The position numbers and the translations under genes were made by a program. From Catajapyx aquilonaris (taxonomy: Eukaryota), in the NCBI GenBank assembly GCA_000934665.2, contig JYFJ02000635.1, forward strand, positions 1 to 64,000: 64,000 nt of DNA. The letters are read 5' to 3'. Below, piece by piece: positions 39,001-50,784 of the stretch. The stretch's first letter is position 1, and the number at the start of each line of letters is the position of its first letter. Under the pieces are notes generated by a model that was not told where the DNA came from, did not search any database, and saw only the letters and a program-made list of their open reading frames with translations.

Positions 39001-42000
39001 ATCAACCCTGAAACACTTTTTCCGTCGTCTTCCTTTTAACCTTGGCAGTACCGGAATGGCAATTCGGCGCTGCATCTGGTCACGCTGCATTTGATGCGGT
39101 AAATTCTAGAATTGCACCACAAAATATATTGCCCACACTATAGTGTACAAACTTTCCCCGAGACGCAGTTTTCACAGATTTTTTTACTTGAAATCTATGA
39201 AGGCGAAAGTGATTTTTTTTATTTCGGCTATCAAGGTCTATAAATGTGGAACTAATAGACTGTGCTGAATCGTAGACATTTCCTCGAAAAATGTACTTGG
39301 ACGTCATTGGATATTAGTACTGACCTAATGCCAGTAATTTCAGGTGTTATTTCAGTGTGCAAAAGTTGACAGAGATTGTTAAAACGAATTCAAAATTTGT
39401 TGAAAGATTATTATTACTCGTACATAAATGATTGTAACAATGTGTAGAAAAATGAATATTTCCGATTCGCTGCAAGTTATTGCATAATTATATTTGATTT
39501 TAAGAATTTCCTTCTCGATTTAGGAATCTTTGAAGACAAAGTTTGTAACGCACTACAACTGTCGCAACAGTCTTTCGTCGCAACGTATATTCATGGCTGC
39601 ATTAATTTCCGAAACGACATATTCACTTTTCTTTGTGCGCACATGAGGGACACAATGCGCAACTTTTAATCATTTCCTAGCCCAGTTTATATGCATTTTT
39701 TTTGCGTCAGGTATGACCACCCTCTACTGTTATGTTCGAAGGTTATCAGGTCATTTTTATGACACGATTTGAGTTCTCCTTGCCATTGGCTATGCACGCG
39801 TTAAGAACGATTTTAAGCATGCGGTAATAGCCTGTATACCCGAGGGGGCATTAAAAGGCCTTCGAGAGGAAGCATGGAAAATCACGTCACAAAAATAATC
39901 GCCTGCTACCAATTTTGCAACCGTACCGTTATATGTATCGGAAACTAGATTTGTAATGGTCGAATTTGGGTCGGAGTTCTTAATGTATTATAAGATCAAA
40001 CTGAACCCATGTTACATATACAGCTGGTATGGCACTCGCAATTGTTTGAATTTTTGCCAGTTTTTGGCAACATCCGGCCACTCCTACTTTGGCAGAATAT
40101 TAATCTGATTTTGACATACTGTTTTATGGAAGGAGTCTTACCATATTGCCTTAATATTTTGGGGAAATTTGAAATATTTAGAACACGTCTGGGCCAAAAT
40201 ATGTTGTAGGCCTACCTCACAGCTATGGTAACATATCGTAATTGTGAAGTAATATCGAAGGCATATTCCCTTGAGACGTCATAAAGTTCTTGCTGATTTC
40301 CCTTCCCGGTAGCGTAGACTTTTCTTCAGCCTATTTGCATAGAACATTCTGGTTTCTCCTGCCGTTCCAGGACGAAAGGAGTCGTATTCTCCGACGGACT
40401 ATTGTTCGTTACGCCATGATGGCTTACGTCATGGCTCTAATGAGGATCAGCTTCCGAGTCAAGAAACGTTTCCCAACTTTACAACACCTGGTGGATGCTG
40501 GTAGGTAGTCATTTCTCAGAAGAATCATGCCGTCACAATGACTTGACACAAGCAGCAAGTTTTATGCAAACATTATGAACATACAGTCTGTATGCTATTT
40601 TTATGCCCATAAAGTAACACAAAATAGGTTTTAATTAATTGTAAATGACACATTGCAAGGTCTGATGACTGACAGCGAGAAGAAGATCCTGGATGCCATG
40701 CAGGAAAAGGTCCGTGTTTCGAAATACTGGGTGCCCCTGGCCTGGGCAGGGACCCTGGTTCATCGGGCCCGGAAGGAGAATCGGATCCGGAGCGACCACA
40801 TGGTTCAAAGCCTGATTACAGAGGTGGCCGAAATCAGAAGGAGGTTGGGTCGAGTCATGTCCTACGATACCATCAGTGTGCCCCTGGTCTACACGCAGGT
40901 GGGTACTGGACCCGCCCCCGCAATTATTGCACCACCTCCCCTGAATATGTAATGCCAATCACTATGCAAATAGGTTCGATTGGAATGGTGGCTAGCCTCT
41001 GGGAATGTATTCAAAGACCTGATTAACCCACCCTCTTGTTCAGGTGGTGACACTGGCCGTTTACACCTACTTCATGGCGGAGGTGATAGGAAGACAGTGG
41101 GTGTCGCCTCCAGATCCTAGCACCATCTACCCGCACCATGAGTTGGACCTCTACTTCCCTATTTTTACCACCTTGCAGGTATGGCGCTGAAGATTTATTC
41201 TTTTTATTCAACTATTATTAAAGCCATCATTTACCATAGAGACAAAGTTGGCTCAATTTCAGTAACCCCTCTGCTCATGTTCCATCTGCATTTGGGCTGT
41301 CACATTGTACCACCCTGTAGTACACATATGTGCTGCATATTGCCAAATTAATCGTGCATTTTTCATTCCACAGTTTGCTTTCTACATCGGCTGGTTGAAA
41401 GTAGCGGAAACGCTGATAAACCCTTTCGGGGAGGACGATGACGACTTCGAGCTAAATTGGCTGATAGACAGGCACCTTCAGGTTGGTTGGATGCAATGTA
41501 CATTCTTTTTTTCTTATCGTCATTGTTCTGCATACTTCCCGTTCCTTTCCCAATGGGGATAGCCACTTGTGAGCGTTCATTATGTACTGTACAAGGCTTC
41601 AGCGTGACGAGATACTCAGAATATAGCTTTTTAGCCCTGATTTATTTCAGAGGGATTACACTTGAGCGAAAATAGCAGTGATGTGTGCATATAAAATATT
41701 TGTCGAAAAGTAAAGAATAAACACGTTTGGTACTGCATTACTGAACATGCATTGGTGGCCCGCTATTTTGCTGGTAATATTGAAATGGCCTTCCGTTACA
41801 ACGAAGTATAAGTGATTCAGGCAAAAGTGCGAGTGAAATGTTTAAGAACTTTGTGAATTTGCTGAAGTGGATAGTCAATTTTAATTTTCACATAGAGAAA
41901 GGCAAAGACATCAGACTCCACGGATATAAGATAGGAAGTGTGAACTTGACTGCAGTAAACCATACACTATATAGTACTCGAATAAAATATCGCTTTACAT

Positions 42001-45000
42001 GACGTAGTAGACACATGTCATATCTTATGTACTATATCGCCCAAAAAGATAACAGACGATTTTGCATTTGACTCAAGTGCAACTTGCACTTGAATCAAAT
42101 GCCAATCGTCTCTATCTTTTTGAGCGATATAGTACATGGTCCTGTAGCTCATTGCACTTTTTTTTTCGAAAATCCACCTTCACTGGAAACCGTGGATACA
42201 AGTGAAACCTTGAGGGAAATGGAAGTGAAGGGTATGACAATTCCACGCTTTTCTTGCGGTGATCCTTGCTCTGATTCCTTACATGAATTTGTTTTCTTAG
42301 GATGTTATATTTTTCCTTACTGTCCTTTCGCCAAATTTTATTCCTTCTCGATCGTACTTGCAGGTGGCCTACATCGTAGTGGATGAAATGCACGACGAGC
42401 ATCCCGAGCTGATGCGAGACCAATACTTCGAAGAGGTCATTCCTCAAGAGCTTCCGTACACTGTGGGCTCAGAACACTACAGGAAAGGAGAACCCAGTGG
42501 GTCAACTGCCTACATCAAGATCAAAGATGCGGACACCCTTTATGCCAATTTGGCAGTGCTCAAACGAAACCCAGTTCAAGTGGAGGAGGTGTACGCTGAC
42601 TATGTGCGTATTATGGTACCAAAGAACTTGGTCATTTGGATAAAATATGAACATAGCTATAGAATCGACAAAGTGCGATGAGATGCTGTAAATTCAGAAA
42701 CACGTTACACGAGTATTGGAAGCGTTACTAACGGAAGAGTGATGCAGCAATGCTTGTTAGTTATCTAATAATTGTTTTCCATTCCATTATGTTACGGAAG
42801 AGATGACCTCGCAGCTTATTTTATGTAAGAGAACTGAGCAGTTACTATAGGCTAGTTTTTTGAAAAAGACTGAAGTAAAATATTAAAGTTAGACTAAGTA
42901 AGACTAGGATTAACTTATTTCCTGCTACTGGCACACAGCAAGTGCCTTCAAATAAAGCGCTGCAGAATAACGCGCTTTAATGATGGATATCCACACTGTT
43001 TTACTACCAGCATTGTTTGTTAGCTAAATAGCTGAAACATTTATGGACGATCCAAGTTGGAACAACATTATGTACAAGTACCATACCATATAATATGAAC
43101 ATAAACAGACCTGGCTTGGAAGTTTGTTATTTTAGTGATATGCAGAAAATGTGATTCAAAACCATGTGAAATTTTCAGGATATTTGCATACCGGTATATC
43201 ATGATCCTTCCATCCTGGGAGAAAATTTCTCAAGAGAACCATATTAGTGCTCCCGGGGGTTGTTATTACCAGAAATAATTATTTATGATGAACCCTTACG
43301 CACGCTTTCTAACATTAGCCTATACCTGAACGTCACTCCAGGGTTCGGAATAAACAAGATATGAAAACCAGATCCGCTGCTTTTTTTTTTCGGTTGAAAT
43401 CTTTTCGCCTCCTGCCTTGGACCTCATAATTATGATCAGGAAACTTTCGCCGCCAATACACCTTTTTTTTTGCATCTTTGGAAATTGCCATGAAACGCTG
43501 ATGCAGCACTCACAATTTGCGTACTATTACGTCCTTGAAGCCACTTACGTGCAGTTTTAGATTGTCACCTGATATGCGATTAGTATGCTGTGCAACCTGG
43601 ACGAAAAACCGGTAGCCGCTACGATACGCCTGACATATCAGTATCGACAATAGTTTTTCAGGGTAATTGTGCTATACCTTTTAGGCATTTTGTGCGATTT
43701 TTTTTTGCCATTAGTAATGTAACTACGTCAAGGACTTGGCATTTACATACTTGGCCGCCTGCTCAAAAGTAATAACAATGTTGGCTTTGCCACACTGCAA
43801 CAGTGTCACTCGACCTCACTTTATGATTATGTGCTTACTCCAGACTCAGAAAATGCATTCAATCAACCTGTTTTGCATTTTTGAAAGCCAGATTTTGTTA
43901 CATAGCTAGTACTTATCTGCACAAACTTGGCAACATTCATTTCAAAGTACATTAGCAATGTAGTGTAAGGTCATCCTATATTTAGAAGATGGGATTCATA
44001 GGCATGATACACTTGTGTCTTAAGCATACACCGGTATATAATTAACGGCCAATGCCTCTTCAGACCTCTGCCTGCATATATGAAAATTTAAAAGACAACA
44101 CTCAGGAACAACAACAGTTTTCTGTACCGGCTGAATTATTACAATTTTGTATACCACAATAATTATTATACCGACACTGGGTTCTTGTTAGTAGGCTTTT
44201 CCTCGATTCAGATCTGTTTGTATGTCTTGCCAGTTTGTGATTGTTTTCAGGTGTGACAAGCCAACATTCAGCATCATTACGTGATGGTCTTATTTGCGAC
44301 TTGAACTTAGGCCTTTGCTTTATTGTCGTATTCAATGGTTAAAGGTCACATTTTGCTACGTGTCTGTGGTGCCCTTGCATGGTGCCTTCGTACCTGCCTT
44401 CGCATGAGTGAACTATCGAACATTCGTTATAGTTCAGCCACAGCCATTTTCGGTAGTAAATGTCAGTTTTCAAATGACAACTGAGTAATTGGAAATGTTT
44501 TTACAGGAGAGTGTGGACTCCCCACTTGTGGAAGACCGCAAGAATTGGCTCCAACGCCAGCTATCCGGCTTGGGCAGCTTCCGGTCCACTTCCAGCGCCA
44601 ACTCCAGCGTCTTCGGGCGCCCTCGTCTCTCCGTCACCAACCACCTCAACAACAACAACACCATCAACTACAACAACAACAACAACAATAATAGCAACAG
44701 CAATAACGCCAGCAACAATGGCACTTATGGCGTGTCGGGAGGAGGCCATCGGCGTTCTTTGTATGAGAGACTGCTGCACCGGAAGTCGCCGAAGGACCAC
44801 GCATTCCGGATGTCGGACCACGCACGGAGGTCACTCAAAGCATCAGGTCAGGACGCGTGCCGGACATCCCCCACTTGTTGCGCGTCATGGCGGCAACAAT
44901 GGTCAGGGTGACAGGCTGAAATTAGGTCGGATGTCGGTTTTGTCGCCAGTGTTGAATAGGTGTTTGCACGTGCTTCCTGTTACATGACTCGTAGGTGCAT

Positions 45001-46464
45001 TATGACCCTGCGCGTCAAATTGGGTCGCCCTGACTTGCGCAACACCGTCCAAAATTGCCGTTGTCGTGTTATTTCAACGTCACTGAATCACAATTAGTAC
45101 AAAGAAATTGAGGAGGCTCAACTCCACACAATGTAACTACACAGGAAGCGTGGAAAACAATCACTAATTGCAATTTTTGATACTATTTGCTTCTTGCAAA
45201 GAAATACTTGTATTTTGATAGGAATATAACTCTTTCACACGCGGAGCAGGACTTGAAGTTAAATAATTGTGGTGCACGTCTACGATCTCAAAAATTACCA
45301 CTTGGGCACTTGCCAGTGATAAGTAACGCTTCCTTCAATTACTTACAAAAGAATAAGCAAGTAATGATATATTGTAAACAAAATGTTGCACAACAGGCCA
45401 TATAAGGACTTGCGAAAATTTCAGTTACAACATATCTGCTAGCTTCGGTGTTTAAAGCTTTTTGTTTGTTTGTAGGCCTAACTCCCCTTCTTTGGCTCAT
45501 ATGACTTACTGTCTTCTAAGGATTATGTAGCAGAATTATAGTCACACATTGATGACGAAAAGTTAACATCTATTGAGTAATAGTAGACTATCAAAATCAA
45601 TGCCACTTTTTTTTCGAAATCTTCAGAAGCTCAATGCACAGTGAGCGTCTGAATTTCTTTGGGCCAAAGAAGTGGCTGTGTGATTGTGCCTTTAGAGAGA
45701 GAAAATGCACTACGAGTAGTGCGAAGAATAGGGGTGGGGGGGTTTATTCAGTGTGTCTACACTCTACATTATTACCAAGTTTTGTAACATATTATTAGGA
45801 AGTTGATCACTATAGGGTGCACAATAAGAAGTTACTGCTTCTGCTTGCAGGTGGTACTAAACCCAACGGGATGATGATGCATGGCACCCGATGGCGTCCC
45901 CGCGTACCGACGCCTGAGGTAGCCAAGGACATCCCTGAGAAGCAACAGCAACAGCAGCAACAACAGCAGGCACCACGCCAGGACCGTCGAGGCAGCGTCG
46001 ACGGCCACATCTACACCGCAATGGACTCCTACCCTCCCAACACTCCCAACAATGCCGAACAACAAAACACCAAAGCCGCCGCCGCCCTGGCCGCTGTCCT
46101 TAGCCCCATACAAGAGAACGAGAATAGTCCCTACTCCAGCAGCTCTCAGGAACCGAGCCCCGAGGCGGCCCATAGGGCTCCGTTTCCACCGCCCCTGCTA
46201 CCAGGCGCTCACGAGGACACCCCTGACACTGAGGAGCCATACTCTACCATCGAGGAAGAGCAAGAAGTGGTTAAAGACCTGAAGGAACGATTGGCCAATC
46301 AGGAAGGGGCTCCTCCACCGCCGCCACCGCCTCTACCGACGTCCAACTCTTCCAGCAGCTTGGCTAGTATGTCCCAACAGTCTCAGAGGAAGATATCAGA
46401 GACGTCCAATCAAAGCTCGTCCAGCAAGTCATCGGTTCCTAAGAGGAATGAGGTTTATGTGTGA
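23947..46464 (+). CDS. Best: Bestrophin family Ca2+-activated chloride channel, whole spliced CDS: join(23947..24017,31893..32003,34232..34403,40371..40500,40660..40898,41044..41178,41374..41481,42364..42603,44507..44846,45851..46464), 719 aa
   Basis: Manual splicing with GT-AG introns and compatible phases gives 2160 nt. Hallmarks: MTVSY...RWRGSVYK N-terminus, [31 protein letters not shown] (RFP motif), [20 protein letters not shown]a2+ clasp. The paralogue number was not determined. Confidence 0.95.
25593..25641. repeat. Hairpin with perfect 17-bp stem (probable MITE relic)
   Basis: AGACACACTGGGCAGAA ... TTCTGCCCAGTGTGTCT. Confidence 0.75.
25980..26952. mobile_element. About 970-bp foldback element with about 300-bp inverted arms
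   Basis: GCCCAAATCCATAATTCTACGTTCACCTCCCA...GGACGTAAATTTTAATAATGA is mirrored at about 26640-26932; AT-rich spacer. Confidence 0.88.
27512..27903. mobile_element. TG...CA TIR MITE (Ginger-like), copy 2, with internal about 30-bp tandem repeat
   Basis: CATA|TGTTAGGCTCAAACTCCGAAAACGGCCATTGG ... GTTTTCTGGATTTGAGCCTAACA|CATC; 5-6 units like ACCACACCTAGGTATGGCTGTTTTGAAACA at about 27688-27860. Confidence 0.85.
29194..29340. mobile_element. Small MITE
   Basis: GAGGAGATTAAAGAG ... CTTTTAATCTCCTC; TSD unclear. Confidence 0.5.
31893..32003 (+). CDS. Best: Bestrophin coding exon 2 ([37 protein letters not shown])
   Basis: Acceptor tttgtttcgcAG, donor GTAATG; first transmembrane segment. Confidence 0.95.
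33900..34056 (-). mobile_element. tRNA-derived SINE head (different family); 3' boundary approximate
   Basis: Minus strand reads GGCGGAGTGGCGCATCAG (A-box-like) ... GGTTCGATCC (B-box, 33997-34006); does not fold as a clean tRNA. Confidence 0.5.
34232..34403 (+). CDS. Best: Bestrophin coding exon 3 (TFEKVKVYC...[22 protein letters not shown]...EGQ)
   Basis: Acceptor tttttttgcAG, donor GTAAGT; contains the pore neck motif I-P-x-S-F-V-L-G-F. Confidence 0.95.
37891..38354. mobile_element. Degenerate pogo/Tigger-like MITE containing a GA-rich tract
   Basis: TA|CAGTCGACCCCACGTTATCCACGG ... CGCGGTTAACCAGGGCCTGACTAT. Confidence 0.5.
38421..38561. mobile_element. 141-bp MITE, CA...TG termini, perfect 8-bp TSD AGTTACAC (hAT/P-like)
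   Basis: AGTTACAC|CAAGGGGGTAACCACT ... AGTGATTACCTCCTTG|AGTTACAC; internal repeated GGAGTACC motif. Confidence 0.8.
40371..40500 (+). CDS. Best: Bestrophin coding exon 4 ([14 protein letters not shown]...[14 protein letters not shown])
   Basis: Acceptor ttccAG, donor GTAGGT; RFP motif. Confidence 0.95.
40660..40898 (+). CDS. Best: Bestrophin coding exon 5 (LMTDSEKK...KYWVPLAWA...[12 protein letters not shown])
   Basis: Conserved motifs; weak AAG acceptor, donor GTGGGT; phases fit both neighbours. Confidence 0.92.
41044..41178 (+). CDS. Best: Bestrophin coding exon 6 ([19 protein letters not shown]...[11 protein letters not shown])
   Basis: Missing from the ORF track and translated by hand; acceptor cttgttcAG, donor GTATGG. 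Confidence 0.95.
41374..41481 (+). CDS. Best: Bestrophin coding exon 7 ([36 protein letters not shown])
   Basis: Acidic Ca2+ clasp; acceptor ttccacAG, donor GTTGGT. Confidence 0.96.
42364..42603 (+). CDS. Best: Bestrophin coding exon 8 ([22 protein letters not shown]...ELPYT...VYADY)
   Basis: Acceptor cttgcAG, donor GTGCGT; VDEMH..P.L..D.Y and LPYT motifs. Confidence 0.92.
44507..44846 (+). CDS. Best: Bestrophin coding exon 9 ([20 protein letters not shown]...poly-Asn...RRSLKAS)
   Basis: Acceptor tttttacAG in phase 0, donor GTCAGG in phase 1; open, GC-rich frame. Confidence 0.8.
45851..46464 (+). CDS. Best: Bestrophin terminal coding exon 10 (GTKPNG...[11 protein letters not shown]...poly-Gln...KRNEVYV*)
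   Basis: Acceptor ctgcttgcAG in phase 1; long open frame to TGA at 46462-46464. Confidence 0.85.
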
Positions 46465-48782
46465 GGTTCGTGGTGGTTAACGTTGAGTGAGTTTTGTTGC
46501 CAATTTTGTTAGCGAGTAGAGATTTTGTTGCCATGTTTTTTTTGTCAGGGGTGTTCTGTTGGTCATAACAAGTGTGCATTTATGAAGGCGCACTTTTTGT
46601 ATGTGCTTATGTTCCTTAATGGATGTGGATGCAGGTGTTTTGTGCCCTTATTGAGCGTTGTCTTCTGGCAGAACCGGGGATTTTAGAGTCAATCGGTGTA
46701 ATTTTATATGTATGCAGTTTGAGGTTTATTCTGCATGATTATTATGAGTTACGTATTGTAGTTGGTTCTTGTGATGTTACTAGGCAGAGAAGTGAATGTT
46801 GCCTGCAGTATTTGTGTCTGTTAGTGCCATTTTTATGGGATGGATAATTATGCAGTGTTTCATAATTAAGAGTACATTCGTATCGGTCATAATATATAGC
46901 GGACTCTTCTGAGTCAAGTTGGTTTAACGGGAAAAATATCGTCATAAACTTTCATAACATGATGTAGAGTTGAACTCTATTCATGCATTTGGTAACTCAA
47001 AGTGACAATGAGATTTCCAATGGAAAGTACAGTACGAAAACGAGAATGGGCAACAACTCTCGGTATTCTCCCGATCATTCCGTCGATATCAACAACTGTT
47101 CTGAATGCTTAAACGGCGATGATTGTTTTACACAGCTATTCAGAAAAGATATCGGGTCAGTTTTTGATATCTGCGGAAAGAGGGCACGTGAAATATTTAG
47201 GGATATGATGACCATTTTTGTTTTCTTCCTATATTTTAGTTAACAATATTCGTACATCTGGCTGTCAGTTTCGGTTACTAGATGCAAGCCATAGATAAAG
47301 GCTGGCCTTTAATATCTATGATCCAAGCATGTGGCAGGGCATTTGATAGAATCTCATCACGATCTTGAAAGTTAGTAACTATGGAGATAGGAAAAACTTT
47401 TTTGAAGGAACCGGTAAAAATGCACGAAAAATTTCTTTACGGTGTATTGAGAGAAATCTTGATTTTTCATTTAATAAATGCAAAATTGTATTGCAGTATC
47501 GCCTTCAGTGGCGAGCACCTAAACAACAATGTATTTTCTGGTTCATACTTGATAATAATATTGAGATATGACACAACTCAATAATATTCCTAACTCGTAT
47601 TAGAATTACTTTATTGATGTGCCATTTTTTGTAATTCCTCTTATTGCGAAGGTTAGGCCTATATACTGTACCATTTTTTAACAACGTGAGTGGGCCAATC
47701 AGAAAGGTTCGACACAAACTTGCTGTGAGAAAAATTAATGTTGCTTATTTGTGTGGAATCTATGAATGCCTAGAGTAAGGATATTTTTGTAGGGGAATTC
47801 AACGAATATTTTAAGTATGGGGCATTGTTGTGCCAAAAATTAGCAGTGAACTTCGAACTTACATGATTGTTCCTGGTCTGACCAGAAAGAAGCGCTCAGC
47901 AAGAGGCAGAGAAAAGCTGCATAAAGATTGTGTAACTAATGGTCAGTGACAATAGTCTTGTCAGTTTGTCACAAGTCATGACACTTAACTTCACTAGCGT
48001 GTGAGAGTCAACTGTTTGGCATGGATATATTTCATGTCGGTTGCATTGTGCTCGTTACAATGGACATAATAGTACGAGCATCATTACTTACACGAACTGA
48101 AAGTATCACCTTATAGAGTACTTAGCAGTGTTTTTATAATAATTATGCGGAAGCATGTTACAATAAATATGTTATTATTTAGCTTATATTACGTTTATAG
48201 GGAAATAGATATAGCGGACACGCCTTAGCCATTATGAGCCATTTAAGATATCTGAATTGTCAGAGATCTTGGCGACTACTAATTGTTGTATGAAGCAATT
48301 GGAAGTGTTCTGAATTGTTATTGAAATAAAGTTCCTGAAGAGAACTGTGAACCTAGTTCGTGAATAGTGTGCCCATGGAAACAATGATGTGTTTGGATTT
48401 TGTCAACCGATAGACTTGTGATAGCACCTTTGATATTGAATAGCACCTAAGCCAGTTGATTGTTATAGTGGTTGATAAAGTGAAAGTGCGGAGACAGTGT
48501 AATATTTCAATGACTCTTATATTAAACCCACACATGCTATTTAAATTTGGTGAAGGAAGGATTTTTTGTACTGCTACTGACATTGTTAGTGAAAAAAGCG
48601 ACCATTTCTTCCTATCATTATATGTTATGTAGGTATTATTTTGCAAAAATGTGGCTTGTTAACTTCTGGATAATTTAAAAGGTGGGGTGTACCATTTCAT
48701 CAGTTGTATTTTTTGAAACCTACTGCCCAAGTTTTTGCGCCTGCTATTTTATGAGATATAGCAGGAAGCCCGTTATTCGTAC

Positions 48783-49430
48783 GGCCTGTTACCATGGCAC
48801 CATTATTGTCGTTGAATGTCGTTGCCATGGTGCTGTGTTGACGTTACTATGGAAACAACGAATCATTGCAATCATTGAGACATGTATTCATGATAGAGTA
48901 TAGGATGGTAGAGGGTATAGGGGGAGAGGGAGAGTGGGAGGGAAATGGGACACTAACCGGTTCTAGTTTCACTCTAAACCGGTCTAGTCTGGAGCTAGCC
49001 CCGTGGACTAAAGTCGGTTGAGCCCAATGAATTTTCTGGAGTCCTTCGCTCCTTCCCCCAAGTCATCTCTTGCACTTATAGCCTACATGTTTGGAAAATG
49101 ACTCATTGGTTCCTTTCTTATTAAAAACGCCCCAAATCCATGATGGCCGACTATATAAACACACGCTCCAATTGGCTCAAATTAAATATTGCCGTTTGTC
49201 AACACCCAATTTCAAGATGGCCGCCGTTGACGACTCTCCTATTGGCTCAATTCAAATGCTGATTTTGCAGCCGCAAAAATGACGGAATTCCAACTAATTT
49301 GTGTTTTAAAACACAGCTATCAGGAAGACTGTTCCTAGCATGGCCTGTTTACCATGGCACCATTCATATTGTTGAGTGCCATGGTTTGCCATGGTGTTGT
49401 GTTGACGTTACTATATGGACACAACGAATC
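48783..49430. repeat. About 85-bp direct repeat pair (48783-48864 and 49342-49430) carrying X-box-like palindromes
   Basis: GGCCTGTT(T)ACCATGGCACCATT...TTGCCATGGTG.TGTGTTGACGTTACTAT..GGA.ACAACGAATC occurs twice. Confidence 0.8.
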
Positions 49431-49723
49431 AGCGCCATTGCCGTACCAAATAATAGGCACGAGGTGTAGGCCTACTGGTTAAAGGATCTGTCGTCGCTGG
49501 CAATCCAATACCTCGTATCTACGAAGAACCCAACTTTACAGGAGAAGGAAATAGGCCTAACTATTTCTTAAAGTACTGGCATGCAACAGAAAATCCATAT
49601 TTATTTATTTTTTTTTTATTTTTTTTTGCGTTGTCTAGGGAATATGAGGTTTTGCCAACAGATGGGGCTTGTATTGACTGCTGCAAAATCATGGAAAACT
49701 GGAAATCGGCCAAAGTGCGAGAG

Positions 49724-49986
49724 ACGTCTGGGGACAGCTGAACCTCACAGCTATCGGGCCAATCAGAGACAGGCACCCCCAGCGCCACAGGAGAAGTGGC
49801 GGAGAAGATAGATCTGTATGGCTGAAGATAGGTCTGTATCCGCAAGGAAGGAAGGTTCGGCTTGGTTAGGTTTGGTTGGTACAGCATACCCCTTCAAAAA
49901 CCCCAAAAAATCAATCCTCCTGTGGCGCTGGGGGTGCCCGTCTCTGATTGGCCCGACAGCTGTGAGGTTCAGCTGTCCCCAGACGT
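49724..49986. mobile_element. GC-rich 70-bp inverted repeat pair with a GGTTA-like repeat spacer (probable MITE core)
   Basis: 49724-49793 and 49917-49986 are reverse complements with about 2 mismatches. Confidence 0.8.
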
Positions 49987-50667
49987 TTGCATTGGGCTTT
50001 TGGCTGGGTCAACAATGTACCCAACAGTGACCGAAGGTGCAACACTACCTTTCCTAGATCAATTATCACCACTGCACTGAGCTGCATATTATCAATCAGA
50101 CACGGTTTCTTCTGGCATTCAAGGGACTGCAAGTATCTATTTCATTTCAGGTTTGAATAAAAGTGTCCTTTCTGGTCACTAGTAAGGTGCTAGTCGGAAA
50201 TAATGGTGCAGAATTGGAGAATAACTGCCAAAGATGGCCAAACACCAATACTCCTCTCCGGTATTTTCAATGCACGTTTCATGAACGATTTTTATGCTCA
50301 TCTTGTCTAATGCCTGGTGAGCATGTAGAGTATCAAATGGCATTTGTTGGTTAGGGCCTATTAGACTCTATGAATACCAAATTATGGCAGTTGGCCATTT
50401 GGATGTCAGGGATTCATGTGCCATCAGGCTCGTCTTCATTTTAGAAGATTGTCGTGGACAGTGCTTGCCGATTGACAATACTGAGTGAGTTCTGATATCA
50501 ATCATATTGTAGCCTAAATACCCTAGCCTAGGTCATCCAAGGCCAGTTGTGTGAGCACAAATGAGGGAAAATATTATTATGTATCATAGGTATATTCACA
50601 ATGCATAATCAGACATTATCAGAGATTTCTCATTAATTTGCTTTCTGTATAACTTAACATGATCTTA

Positions 50668-50784
50668 GGGCCAGTTGTCTGAAAAGGAATTAGAGAAAAT
50701 CTCCAAATTTGTATACGAATTTACGATGCATATTATGGCATAACCACAGGTTTTCTCCGTTAGTTGCTTTGATACAACCGGCCC
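50668..50784. mobile_element. PIF/Harbinger-like MITE
   Basis: TTA|GGGCCAGTTGTCTGAAA ... TTTGATACAACCGGCCC|TCA. Confidence 0.6.

Noticed and set aside
44511..46282. Overlapping alternative-frame and antisense ORFs over bestrophin exons 9-10
   Set aside because: Shadow ORFs of GC-rich, trinucleotide-repeat coding sequence.
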